NCBI RefSeq assembly: GCF_031769215.1
Contig: NW_026781987.1
Span: 62,001-126,000 of the forward strand
Source: Ylistrum balloti
Lineage: Eukaryota
Direction of reading: 5' to 3'
DNA: 64,000 bases
The translations under genes were made by a program, and so were the position numbers. The notes under the pieces are model-generated. The model worked only from the letters and a program-made list of their open reading frames with translations, did not search any database and was not told where the DNA came from. Below are positions 25,001-38,700 of the stretch, one piece after another (position 1 is the stretch's first letter; every line of letters starts with the position of its first letter).

Positions 25001-25859
25001 TTGGACTAATCACTTTGGTGCAACATGTGTATGGCATCGTTATCAGTATATCAACCAAGTGGATGAATTGGTGAATACATTAATTGTATTGAAAGAGGGC
25101 TGAAGAATATCAAAAGTGCTATAATCAAATATGTATATTTAATAGTAGTACATTGTCTGTGTGTATAGTGCAATGGATATTCTTGATTTTTTATTTTATT
25201 TCTACACTTAAGGAAAAGTCTGTGAAAATGCAGCTCCTGTGTTGAAGTTAGAATTGGATGGAAACATGACCTCATTAGAGGTAAATAGTTTTAGGAGAGT
25301 GCCTCCTCATGCGGGTTAGCCATAAACTGATACTTTCATTAAGAATCATGTCAAATTTTAAACAAAATTTCAGTTAAGACTCAAAAATATTTACTACAGA
25401 ATATGTCTTTGCACTATATTTCTAGTGTTAAATGAAAGTTTCTTTTTCTTTTTTCTTTTTTTTTTTTTTTGTTATTTCCCCCAGCAGTTTATTGGCAAAC
25501 ATGTTTATTAGGATTAATGTGATGTACAGCTGTAACTTGAATTCTTTGTAAATACTTTGCCATCAAAACACCAAAAGTTATTGGCCTTTCTTGCTATATG
25601 TGTGATATGTTAAGTACATAACTATGTTTCAGCACTTTTGACTTTATACATGTAATTTTTGCAGGTTTATATGCATTCCTATAGAATGATGAAATTGTGA
25701 TTACTTTGTTCTATGAGAAACCAAGGACAGGTTTTAAAAGTGAAAGATCCTTAGAATTTTAAGAGCTTGATCCACTTAAGGATATTTTACAAGAATCGGT
25801 ATCCAATGCTATGTATTGGTTCATCGATTCCTAATTGGAACAAAGGATTATTGATTTGA

Positions 25860-27058
25860 AGGTTCAGTATCCAATGTTACGATCGGGTCACTTTCAGTTC
25901 CTCAGTGGAACAAAGGTTCAGTATACAATGTTACGATCGGGTCACTATCAGTTCCTCAGTGGAACGAAGGTTCAGTATCCAATGTTACGATCGGGTCACT
26001 ATCAGTTCCTCAGTGGAACATAGGTTCAGTATCCAATGTTACGATCGGGTCACTATCAGTTCCTCAGTGGAACATAGGTTCAGTATCCAATGTTACGATC
26101 GGGTCACTTTCAGTTCCTCAGTGGAACGAAGGTTCAGTATCCAATGTTACGATCGGGTCACTATCAGTTCCTCAGTGGAACAAAGGTTCAGTATACAATG
26201 TTACGATCGGGTCACTATCAGTTCCTCAGTGGAACAAAGGTTCAGTATCCAATGTTACGATCGGGTCACTATTAGTTCCTCAGTGGAACAAAGGTTCAGT
26301 ATCCAGTGTTACGATCAGGTCACTATTAGTTCCTCAATGGAACGAAGGTTCAGTATCCAATGTTACGATTGGGTCACTATCAGTTCCTCAGTGGAACAAA
26401 GGTTCAGTATCCAATGTTACGATCGGGTCACTATCGGTTCCTCAGTGGAACATAGGTTCAGTATCCAATGTTACGATCAGGTCACTATCAGTTCCTCAGT
26501 GGAACGAAGGTTCAGTATCCAATGTTACGATCGGGTCACTATCAGTTCCTCAGTGGAACGAAGGTTCAGTATCCAGTGTTACGATCGGGTCACTATCAGT
26601 TCCTCAGTGGAACGAAGGTACGATCGGGTCACTATCATGTTACGATTCGGGTCACTATCAGTTCCTCAGTGGAACGAAGGTTCAGTATCCAATGTTACGA
26701 TCGGGTCACTATCAGTTCCTCAGTGGAACAAAGGTTCAGTATCCAATGTTACGATCGGGTCACTATCAGTTCCTCAGTGGAACGAAGGTTCAGTATCCAA
26801 TGTTACGATCGGGTCACTATCAGTTCCTCAGTGGAACGAAGGTTCAGTATCCAATGTTACGATCGGGTCACTATCAGTTCCTCAGTGGAACATAGGTTCA
26901 GTATCCAATGTTACGATCGGGTCACTATCAGTTCCTCAGTGGAACGAAGGTTCAGTATCCAATGTTACGATCGGGTCACTATCGGTTCCTCAGTGGAACA
27001 TAGGTTCAGTATCCAATGTTACGATCGGGTCACTATCAGTTCCTCAGTGGAATAAGGT
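25860..27058. repeat. 54-bp minisatellite (GGTTCAGTATCCAATGTTACGATCGGGTCACTATCAGTTCCTCAGTGGAACAAA)n, ~22 copies, between SFMBT and DNAJC2
   Basis: Visible tandem array; the 18-aa periodicity of the 399-aa ORF equals 54 nt. Confidence 0.97.
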
Positions 27059-28299
27059 ATTGTTGATTTGTAAGCTTTCTCATCCTGATGTTGAAGTTCA
27101 TTGATTAACCTTTAACTTTTAATTTGCTTAAAACAATGTAAATTAATAGAATTTTTATAAAGATCTTTTTTAAAAACATCTTTTTTTTTTTCAATATATA
27201 TGAATATTTCATGTGATTTTTGCTTTGTTGTTATAGAATACCCACTAATTTAATGAGTTAAATGTGTTTCTTAGTAAGACCTGTTGTAGTCAATTAACCG
27301 TACTGTCATTTGGTAGGATGTATAATGATATGGTGACTTTCCACCTGTATATGTGTATTGTGGTGAAAATAAGATGTTAAAGATCTCTTTAGGATAAATT
27401 ACAGATTTCATGTTGTCAGGGCTATACAGCCTGTATACATATTATAATCAGGTCAAAATCAAACAAGTAGTTTTACCCAAGATAAAGGTCATAGAGGTCA
27501 TAATTTATGTCTTCACCATCTAATCATGTATGACATTTTAAAGCAAAATGTTTCAAAATGTTATATACCATACTGAAGGTCAAATGACATCATATTTCAA
27601 TTTCATATTCATTCACCATTTTGCTTAAATTTGTGAAAACATTTCTGTTTTAATCACGATTGAAAATTATCTTGTTACAAAATGAAAAATCTGGAAGCAG
27701 GCACTTTGCATTATACTGTTATATGAATGGCTGTTACAGTACTGTCTGTCATCAAACTATCAAGGATTTCATAGGACAAATTGTCATGATCTTCTCTCCT
27801 TACCAGTAATCAAATTACAATAATTATTTTTCATGTATATCCTTTATAAATGAATGTAAAATTTGTTGATTTTTTGTGTGTACATTGTTTATAATATATA
27901 CATATATGTGAGTAGATGTAAGTCTATGAAATGTCGCTAAAAGTAGGTCATAATATTGTGTTTGTTCTATATCATTTCTCACACATAATATGAAACACTT
28001 GTATGAGTTTGAATAGTCCATATATGTGAAGCAGGTGCTACCATGTTGAGAATCCCAACCCCACCCCCCCACCCCTCCTGCGTTAACAGTCTCTCCCATA
28101 CCAGGGTTACATGCACCACAGTACATTCACTACACAAACAAACACAATACACTGTGGCAGACATCACTCTTGTTTAGTTGTAGGAAAGGAATCTTTCACC
28201 CAATACATAATTTCTGTCTTAATCTGGATGTGTCTGATAAAGGTTGTAGTTGGTAATAAGTTAACAGAAAATAGGATTTTTTTTTTTTTTTTTTTTTGG

Positions 28300-28770
28300 A
28301 AATTCAATATTGTGCTTCAAGTAATGTTTATTGCGATCTCCTTTTGTCCAGTGTTGTACGTCATAAACTTTTGAACTTTTGGAAAACTCCAGAACCGATT
28401 TCAATGAAACTTGAAGGAAACCTTCCATGGCAAAAGGTGCACCAAAATTATAAATTATATGGTCCGCAATACCGAGGGGCCAAAGGGAAGGGGCCAAAAA
28501 AGGTCAAAATGATTGAACTTCAAAAATCTTCTCAGATTGCAGATAGGGTAGAATCAAATACTCTTCATGGTTGGAAAATTCCAAGTCTTGAGTGTAATTT
28601 CTTTTTAACTTTTAGAAGCCCTAGCATGGGACAGCAGTTAATGTATACACAATTTTCATATTGTGTACCATATAAAGTTATATTACTCCTTGTAACAAAA
28701 TCATTTCTATGACATGTTACAAGAAGCATTGTGACTCAGGTGACTGTTAAGGCTCTTGGGCTTCTTGTTT
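28300..28770 (+). mobile_element. Non-autonomous Helentron-like (HINE) element with a single satellite-like core unit
   Basis: Follows a poly-T run. Head TATTGCGATCTCCTTTTGTCC; core GAACCGATTTCAATGAAACTT...GGGGCCAAAAAAGGTCAAAAT...CAAAAATCTTCTC; 3' end ACTCAGGTGACTGTTAAGGCTCTTGGGCTTCTTGTTT resembles the common oyster ...CAGGTGAGCGA...GGGCCTCTTGTT terminus (from memory). Confidence 0.6.
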
Positions 28771-30039
28771 TGAGTAGTATCTAAGTTGAACATGTTCCTT
28801 TGTTTCAAATCTCTGTAAAGCCAATGAGAAATTCATCACATATGGATGTAATTCAATGTAGTTTTCATCAATCGGTTGATACTGTATGGATTGAAATGTA
28901 TATCAGAAACTTTAAAATAACACAAATTATTTTCCTTGATCAGCATCGTTTGCCCTGAAAATCTAGAATTTTATGTGAAATGGAAGAGATTTCAAGTTAA
29001 ATTCTTTGTATCTTTGTTTTTTTAATCAAACAAGGAAACATCTTAATTACAAAAATTGAAAATTCTGTCTGTATCCTTAATTTATTTCGAAGTTTATTTA
29101 CCTTTAAACTAATCCGTAATTAAATTGTTCACTAGGCAACATGGACTGAAGTCTAAAAATAGTCCACATTGTACTGTGTTAACAGTGGTAGAGAGCAAAG
29201 ACTTAATACTTCCATGTTATATTAGGAATATTATCTTGTTTAGAAAGGATTTAAAGTATATCATTTTCAATCTAATAAGTGCACTGTGTGATTACCAAAT
29301 TTCCTACAGGGCGCCCTTCATAAACTACAGGGGAAAGTTTCAGTGAGAATGTGTTGAGAGACTGTTTGAATTAGAAGTAAAAATGGAACATTTCGGCCAT
29401 GTTTCTTAAAGGAGTGGGCATATGGGAGCAGGGATACTGAAATGAAGTACACAAGTCTTTTGCAGAAAAAGATGGTAGTGCATTTAATAGGGCAGATAGT
29501 ACATTTAATAGGACAAATGCACTTACTAGGTTGGATATGGTGTGTAGATGTGTTCATTATTATTGGAGATGTTGCCTACAGGTAAGGAATCCTGAATGTT
29601 AGTGTGTGTTGGCATCTCAGACCAAATGAATCCATGTATTGAGGCAGCAGAAAAATATCCACGATTCTGTGTGATTGTCATTACACCACAGTTGTAACAT
29701 AGAGAGATAACATATATATGTAGTCATAAATTATGGTGCAAGTGCCAATTTTGTTTTGTTTCGTCCCTGTGTCATTCCATCTTGGAATAAAACATTTCAG
29801 AATGTATTTTTTGAGTTTGTTTTAATGTTTCTATGATTGGAAATATTTTCTACTCTTTTCATCCTCCATAGTTATGTTGTCATTTTGACACCAAATGGAA
29901 ATGCCATATAGATCTTATTGCCCACCATCTGAGGTCACTTTAACAAACAGCAAAAGAAGCACTTGTCTTAATCTGTGATCTATCTTTCAGACGTAGAATT
30001 GGCTAAAATCAAAATGTTTTACTGAAATGAATGTAGAAT

Positions 30040-31130
30040 TTACATCCAGGCCACTGGTATCAAACAAACATCAGTGGAAAGCTGAGGTCATATGCTACTC
30101 TAAAAAGACATTATTTTGTTGAAAAGATGTTAAATGTGAACTTAATGACCTTGAACTTTGAAAATTGATCATACTCTTAATCTAATTTCCATCCGTCAGG
30201 AGAAAGTGGTGACAAATCCTTTGAAAAACTCTTCAAAAATCTTTCAACATCAAACAAGAAAATAGTCACCAGTGGCCTTATTCAAACACTGATCAGATTC
30301 AAGTAGTATTTGGTACATAAATAACTCAAGAGTTTCATGACGATTAGTTCTGGAGAAAAAGTAGTATTTAAAAACTTAATCGGGCTGATGGGGAGGCCAT
30401 CTTGAATTGTAGATAAATTTCAAAAATGTGATGTGCTAGACTAGCACCTACATATCTTATTAGCAGGAAATTTCTAGGTCTGTTCAGCAATCCAGATAGA
30501 AAAAGCTTCTAATGTCAAAATCAAAAATTGTATTTGGCAATTACCTTGAATATCTTGTACACTAAAGAATAGAAATTAGCATGTCTCGATAAATACCTGT
30601 ATCTTAAATGTCAAAACTCAAGTTGCCTAAGGAAGCCAAAAATGATCCAGCTGAATATCTTTGATGTATCAAGGACTCCATCATCTTAGTATTGTGAAAA
30701 ACATGGCCAATAGATCTAGGATTTTGACAGATTGTTATCACTCTGTCTAAATAAATAGTTGAAGGATCATTCTCCAGTTTCATCAGTAGATTCTCCATTT
30801 GGGATTGATTAGAAAAACAAAACCGAGCCATCTTGAATTTTTAATAGCTTTTCTCAAAAAGTACTGGATGGGTTCTCTCTCAAATTTCATTTGTAGGTTC
30901 CCTTGGGTCCTAAGTTGTGCCAGTTTTGATTGTGAGACTGATTAAAAAAAAAGAAAGAAAAAAAAGCCAGGTGGCCATCTTGGATTTGACAATGAAAGTG
31001 CTGGAGAGATCTTTCTCAAATTTCATATGTAGATTTCTCTTGGTCCTTATTTGTGCTCCACCTTTTTATCTCAAATTTCAGCAATGATTAGAAAAACAAA
31101 ACTGGCTGACACGCGACCACCTTGGTCGGC
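30040..31130. mobile_element. Cluster of decayed interspersed-repeat fragments with GCCATCTTG(A/G)ATT units
   Basis: GGCCATCTTGAATT (~30395), GCCATCTTGAATTT (~30827) and GGCCATCTTGGATTT (~30973) recur; TCTCTCAAATTTCAT motifs follow the last two. No coding capacity; family uncertain. Confidence 0.4.
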
Positions 31131-32322
31131 AGATTAGTTCATGTATTACTATTTTTTAAATTTCATATGATCAAAAGCAAATATAGAGGAATTAAAAGAA
31201 GAGAAAAGATCAAACTTTTATAGAACAAATATAGATCAAATGATGAACGACCCAACAACTTACAAATATCTTTGCCGAAAGGATTAAAATGTGTTTGGAA
31301 ATTAGTTGATGAAGTAGCTGATGTTGTAATTCTTCCAAAAAGTAAATAGATAAAAAAAAAACCGCAAAAATGTTACAAGATCTCATGTTTTAAATGACAA
31401 GTTGGAACTATTTTCTATACACCACACACATCAAAGCCAAAGCCTTGAAGACATCAGTTACAGTCACAAAATATGACAAGGGGCCCACGCAACTTAACAG
31501 TTATTGAGACAAGACATTTGAATAGAAAGTTTACTCACAGCGGAGACAACAGACTAAACAGGATGGCAAGACTAAATCTGTGATACAACATCCCAAATAC
31601 AGATCGTATGATGCCTAGCATCCACTTTTATGTGGGTGATAGCCATCATATGCCTATGTTTTTATGTTTTACTTTTTGTTCCTTACAACATTATACCTGA
31701 AAAGACAGATTATCACACCACCTTTAAAGTGTATATACAACAGAAACAACAATAAACACAGGAGTCTTTCCAATACTTTTATTTTGGAAAACTCTCAGCA
31801 CTTTGGCATAGAAAATATCCAAACATGATTGACATAACATGTGATAGCTGTTGCATAAATCACAATTACTTTTTTATAATGCATCATCCTACCATGCAAT
31901 TTTGATGAGTTTTACAATGTATGTGTAAATTCAGCACAAATATTTACCGTTACTGAATCATTTTTGGTTTAGCAAACAAAATTACTTCAGAAATGAGTTT
32001 AAATACAGTGACTTTCAGTTACAAATTCTAGCTCGGACATTTTTGAGAAGACTGGGTGGGATGGGTTAATGTTACACATACAACCAATGATTGTGACTCA
32101 CAACATACCATGTGAAATTTGTCTAAAATGGCACCAGGACCAATAATTCTAGTTGACAACTGTTGTTCTATTAACCGGAGACCTTATATGGTAAAGTCTG
32201 GTAATATTGAAGGATCACCCAACATAGACAGTGAAAATGTTAACGAAACTAAGTATGATAAAACAATGTCTATTAATGTTCTGTTAATATGAATAAGAAA
32301 TGAAAATTAAAATCATGATAAT

Positions 32323-32328
32323 TTTATT
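32323..32328 (-). promoter_or_regulatory. Candidate polyadenylation signal (AATAAA) of DNAJC2
   Basis: TTTATT on + about 435 nt downstream of the DNAJC2 stop, followed on - by T-rich sequence. Confidence 0.4.
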
Positions 32329-32762
32329 TTATAAATTCCTTGTATTCTGCTGTCACTTGTATACACAGTTGTTATGGTACTACATCTCTGACAGATCTCA
32401 TTTGGTACTGTTAACAAACAGGAACCTGAAAAGTTGCTGTCGTAAAGTATAACTTAACCATGGCATTTGTGAAAAGATGATAAGTTAGTCTATCTCCTCA
32501 CCTTAAGCCTACAACTGTAAACCTTTCTCTCACAGAGAGAATTAATCCATTCTTTTGATGTGTCCATCCATCCATCGAAACATATGCATAGTACACAACA
32601 CATGAAACAATGACTTGACATCAGCTGTAGAAATTTGATACAAATGTTTTCAGAAGGCCATGATATGATATGACAAGGTACTATGATACTCTATGGCACC
32701 GACACCTGCTCTTCTCAGCTAACAGGGAATGGTGGATCAAAAGAAACTAGATCAAGTCAAGA

Positions 32763-35700
32763 TCATTTCTTCTTAGCAGCAGCTTCTGTAGCAGCTTTCT
32801 TGGCTCTGATCAGTTCAACAAGTTCCTGCAATATAAATTCTAATCAATCAATTCTCTGTTAGGTAATAATGTTACAATTTCAAGCTTTTTTAAATACATA
32901 TTTTTAGTTCAAGGAAAACTGATTCTTGGTTCTATGAGAACCACATCCATTATCTGACCAAACCACATACCATGCTACAAATGACCAGTCCTAGCCAGAC
33001 GATGACTTAACTACATACCAAAAACACCCAGTCCTAGCCAGACGATGACTAAACTACATACCAAAAACACCCAGTCCTAGCCAGACGATGACTAAACTAC
33101 ACACAAACCGACCAGTCCTAGCCAGACGATGACTAAACTACACACAAACCGACCAGTCCTAGTCAGACGATGACTAAACTACACACAAACCGACCAGTCC
33201 TAGCCAGACGATGACTAAACTACACACAAAATGACCAGTCCTAGCCAGACGATGACTAAACTACACACAAACCGACCAGTCCTAGCCAGACGATGACTAA
33301 ACTACACACAAACCGACCAGTCCTAGCCAGACGATGACTAAACTAAAGATGACTAAACTACACACAAACCGACCAGTCCTAGCCAGACGATGACTAAACT
33401 ACACACAAACCGACCAGTCCTAGTCAGACGATGACTAAACTACATACCAAAAACACCCAGTCCTAGTTAGACAATGACTAAACTACACACAAACCGACCA
33501 GTCCTAGCCAGACGATGACTAAACTACATACCAAAAACGACCAGTCCTAGTCAGACAATGACTAAACTACACACAAAATGACCAGTCCTAGCCAGACAAT
33601 GACTAAACTACACACAAACCGACCAGTCCTAGTCAGACAATGACTAAACTACACACAAAACGACCAGTCCTAGCCAGACAATGACCAGTCCTAGCCAGAC
33701 AATGACTAAACTACACACAAACCGAACAGTCCTAGCCAGACGATGACTAAACTACATACAAACCAACCAGTCCTAGCCAGACAATGACTAAACTACACAC
33801 AAACCGAACAGTCCTAGTTAGACAATGACTAAACTACACACAACCGACCAGTCCCAGCCAGACGATGACTAAACTACATACCAAAAACGACCAGTCCTAG
33901 TCAGACAATGACTAAACTACACACAAAATGACCAGTCCTAGTCAGACAATGACTAAACTACACACAAACCGACCAGTCCTAGTCAGACAATGACTAAACT
34001 ACACACAAACAGACCAGTCCTAGCCAGACGATGACTAAACTACATACCAAAAACGACCAGTCATAGCCAGACAATGACTAAACTACACACAAACCGACCA
34101 GTCCTAGCCAGACGATGACTAAACTACACACAAACCGACCAGTCCTAGCCAGACGATGACTAAACTACACACAAACCGACCAGTCCTAGCCAGACGATGA
34201 CTAAACTACACACAAAACACCCAGTCCTAGCCAGACGATGACTAAACTACATACCAAACACACCCTGTCCTAGCCAGACGATGACTAAACTACACACAAA
34301 ATGACCAGTCCTAGCCAGACAATGACTAAACTACATACCAAAAACACCCAGGCCTAGTCAGACGATGACTAAACTACACACAAACCGACCAGTCCTAGTC
34401 AGACGATGACTAAACTACACACAAACCGACCAGTCCTAGCCAGACGATGACTAAACTACACACAAACCGACCAGTCCTAGCCAGACGATGACTAAACTAC
34501 ACACAAAATGACCAGTACCAGCCAGACGATGACTAAACTAGCCAGACGACGATGACTAAACTACATACAAAACGACCAGTCCTAGTCAGACAATGACTAT
34601 ACTACACACAAAACGACCAGTCCTAGCCAGACAATGACTAAACTGCACACAAAACGACCAGTCCTAGTCAGACAATGACTAAACTACACACAAAACGACC
34701 AGTCCAAGTCAGACAATGACTAAACTACACACAAACCAACCAGTCCTAGTCAGACAATGCCAGTCCTAGCCAGACGATGACTAAACTACACACAAACCGA
34801 CCAGTCCTAGCCAGACGATGACTAAACTACATACCAAAAACACCCAGTCCTAGCCAGACGATGACTAAACTACACACAAAATGACCAGTCCTAGCCAGAC
34901 AATGGTTAAACTATATATAACATGCCTGGTCCAAGCCAACCAATAAATAAACAACATACAATCTGACCAGTCCTGACTAAATTACGATATATATGTTTAC
35001 ATGTCAATAGATGAAAATTTATTGTTCTATTTTTAATGCACTGCCAAACCTTTTTTTCATTAAATCACTGAGATATCTTCAACAACACTGAATATTAAGA
35101 TACTGAAATGAGAATGATAATACTAAAATGAGAATGATGATACTGAAATGAGAATGATGATACTAAAATGAGAATGATGATACTAAAATGAGAATGAAGA
35201 TTACTAAAATGAGAATGAAGATTCTAAAATGAGAATGATGATACTAAAATGAGAATGATGATACTGAAATGAGAATGAAGATACTAAAATGAGAATGATG
35301 ATACTAAAATGAGAATGATGATACTGAAATGAGAATGATGATACTGAAATGAGAATGATGATACTAAAATGAGAATGATAATACTAAAATGAGAATGAAG
35401 ATTCTAAAATGAGAATGAAGATTCTAAAATGAGAATGAAGATACTAAAATGAGAATGAAGATACTAAAATGTGAATGATGATACTAAAATGAGAATGAAG
35501 ATACTAAAATGAGAATGAAGATTCTAAAATGAGAATGATGATACTAAAATGAGAATGAATGATACTAAAATGAGAATGATAATACTAAAATGAGAATGAT
35601 GATACTAAAATGAGAATGATGATTCTAAAATGAGAATGAAGATACTAAAATGAGAATGAAGATACTAAAATGAGAATGATGATACTAAAATGAGAATGAA

Positions 35701-38700
35701 GATACTAAAATGAGAATGAAGATACTAAAATGAGAATGATGATACTAAAATGAGAATGAAGATACTTAAATGAGAATGGAGAATAAAGATACTAAAATGA
35801 GAATGAAGATACTAAAATGAGAATGAAGATACTAAAATGAAAATGAAGATTCTAAAATGAGAATGAAGATTCTAAAATGAGAAAGATACTAAAATGAGAA
35901 TGAAGATTCTAAAATGTCTGATTCATTTGTTTAGTCTTACCTTGTATCTCTTCATACAATCTTTCTTGCTGCGTGCAGGGAGCACTGCGGCTATCTTTTC
36001 CCACCTCTCAGGCGTGTTGGCAGGGAACGTTTTAAGAGACTGCTCCAGGAGTTTCTGCTCCTCAGCAGTCCAGGGAGCAGGGTTAGTGCCAGTCTCACGA
36101 ATCTGTTGTTCTCCTACAGCTGACAATCAGTAGAACTCATTAGTAATTGTGTTAACATTGTGCTGCAATGTTGATCATTATATAGTTCCATTTATCTGAT
36201 TTCAAACAGCTCACAAGGATGTTGAATATACACAGGCAACACACCTACTTTGCTGCAGTTATCCCTTTTTTATGAATAGATTTTCAGAAGCTCATTAATG
36301 ACAATTTGAAAAAAAAAAAAAACAGAAATATTCTAGAGAGGACCACCACGTAACCCCATACTCAAAGTTGGGAGGTGGGCTTGTTACAAGGAAATGATAC
36401 AGAAATCTCAATGGTATAAATAAAACTCCTTATGGATTGGGAAAGAACCATTGTCTTTGATTGTAAGTTGGATCTTGCAGGAATAGAAGATGGATATCCT
36501 ACTATATCCAACAGAGCTCCATCAAATACAAATGACATGGAAGCTGGAACACCTGGATTCCAGAAGTCAAATGACATGGAAGCTGGAACACCTGGATTCC
36601 AGAAGTCAAATGTTGATGCTCCATCTTCTACAATGTTACAAATCTCATTGAATATAGAATGATTTATCCGGATACCTTATCAACCATTATAAGTACATCT
36701 CCCCAAAAACACTTTAGGATCCCAGTTCCTCACACTGATTTTACAAATAAATGAAAACGTCAGTCATCTTATATTGTCATACATTCTATATGCATTGTAG
36801 CATTAAATAGACTGACATTCAAAATTTTAGTTGGAGTATATCATTACAGTTGAAAACTCATCTCCAAATCGTTTAAGTTTAATTCCATTTGAGTCAAAAT
36901 AATTTCCAAGTCCCAATTCTTTTACCTTCTCTATCTTTGTAATTTTAGTTGAGATGTCTCGCATTTCATTGAGTTGAAATTTTGTTTGAGTCAAAGTGAT
37001 TTTTCAGTCCCTTTAATGTCACTTAAGCAAGGGAAAAGTAAAAAAATTAATTGTTGTCAAAACATTGACACATCTTCTAACAAAATTTGTCAATACATAC
37101 AACAGGTGGTCTCTGGCAATTAATAACCAGTTTAATTATCAAATTAAAAGTTGGCATCCCAATATGTAGCAGTGACATACCTGTACATTAAATATGCAGT
37201 GTGTTTACCTGATATGAAAACATTTAGCCTTGTTGCGTGTATCTTCAGGAGTGATAAAAACAAAACTGTCAAACCAGCAAAAAATTTTTTTATGAAATCT
37301 GATCCCCACAATTCCGAGAAAAACTAATCTTAACATACATATATTAATATACTATCTATATGTGCTTGGTCAGTTAAGGGTAGTGTACATGTGTGTGGGA
37401 CGGAATGACATGAATTCAAATGTATTTCTTTGATGCTGTTATTACATGTTTTGTTGTTTGGATGAATAAGCTATAAAAGGAGAAAGTAGAGATTTATTTG
37501 TTTCTGTTTATTTACTGACATTACATTTAACAGATTAAATCACGCTGTTTGTACCTTAGTGCATTGTGCTATCATACCCCTTCTTTGTAATCAACATCAG
37601 AAAACTGATATTGTCAACCTTATTTGGACACTTTGTTGGAGTCGAAATTCAAATAACTCAAAATATTTTCCAGTCCCTTGAATTTCAAGATAATGAGTTT
37701 TAACTCTATTCAAAAGTTAAACTTAATAACAAGAAAAAGATCATACATATTTCTCATAGAATCGGAATTTCTAATATTTGCGTTAGCATGTGTTTATTGT
37801 AAGTTTTTATTTTGTACAAATATTGTTATCATTTACAATATTGACCCTTTAACAAAAAAGGATTTTGTTAACCACCATGACACTTACATTCAAATCTTTC
37901 ACTTGTAACACCCTCCTTTGGCTTGGCTGTATGAGCTGTAGGTTTAGCTGTCTGCGCCTCAAACTTTTCAAAGGCTTTCCTGTCAGCATCTTGTTTGAGA
38001 AAGGTGTCTGGAAGGCAACTTATCGTAATGTCACAACAACCCGTATTGTCTCAAAACGTAATTATTATATCAAGTTAGGATTTCTTTTTAAGCTGAAACT
38101 TTTAAGTAAAAACTTTCCACTCCAATCACTTTACTGCAAATCTTCAATATCTCTTACATTTTCTGTTTACAGTATAAAAAACATCTTCAGTCATGATGTA
38201 GGGAATGAAACATAAAATAGAATGAATCACTCTGTCAACACCAACAGTATGAACGATAATAGTACTGATAATTAACGATGACCTTACCATTTTTCTGTAG
38301 ATCTTTAGCTTTTCCCAACACATCTCTTGCATTTTTATTACTTGCTGTCACATGTTGTTTAATAAAACTTGCAATGACTTCCCACCTGCAAAAGAAATAT
38401 AGATGTATTCACCAAAGATTAGAAATTAAGTCTGATTTAACAGATATCCTTGAATATTCTTTTCCAGTGATTACCCATGAATATTTAATTTGAACAGAAA
38501 AACTAAGAGTAATTCAAGTCAATCAAATTTTGTTCTCAATTATCCAACTGTCCAAACATAATCTTTGTTCATTTCATAACAAAAAAATCTTAAATAATGC
38601 ATTTTAAACAAGGCAAAGTACAGCAAGTAATCCATGGAACCTCGATCATTCAGTACTACAAATAAAAAAGGGCAATAACACTATATCTGAAAACCATGTA

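Noticed and set aside
25905-27104. 399-aa ORF with 18-aa repeats
   Set aside because: Translation of a 54-bp satellite with open frames in several registers, internal frame slips and no unique domain or splice context.
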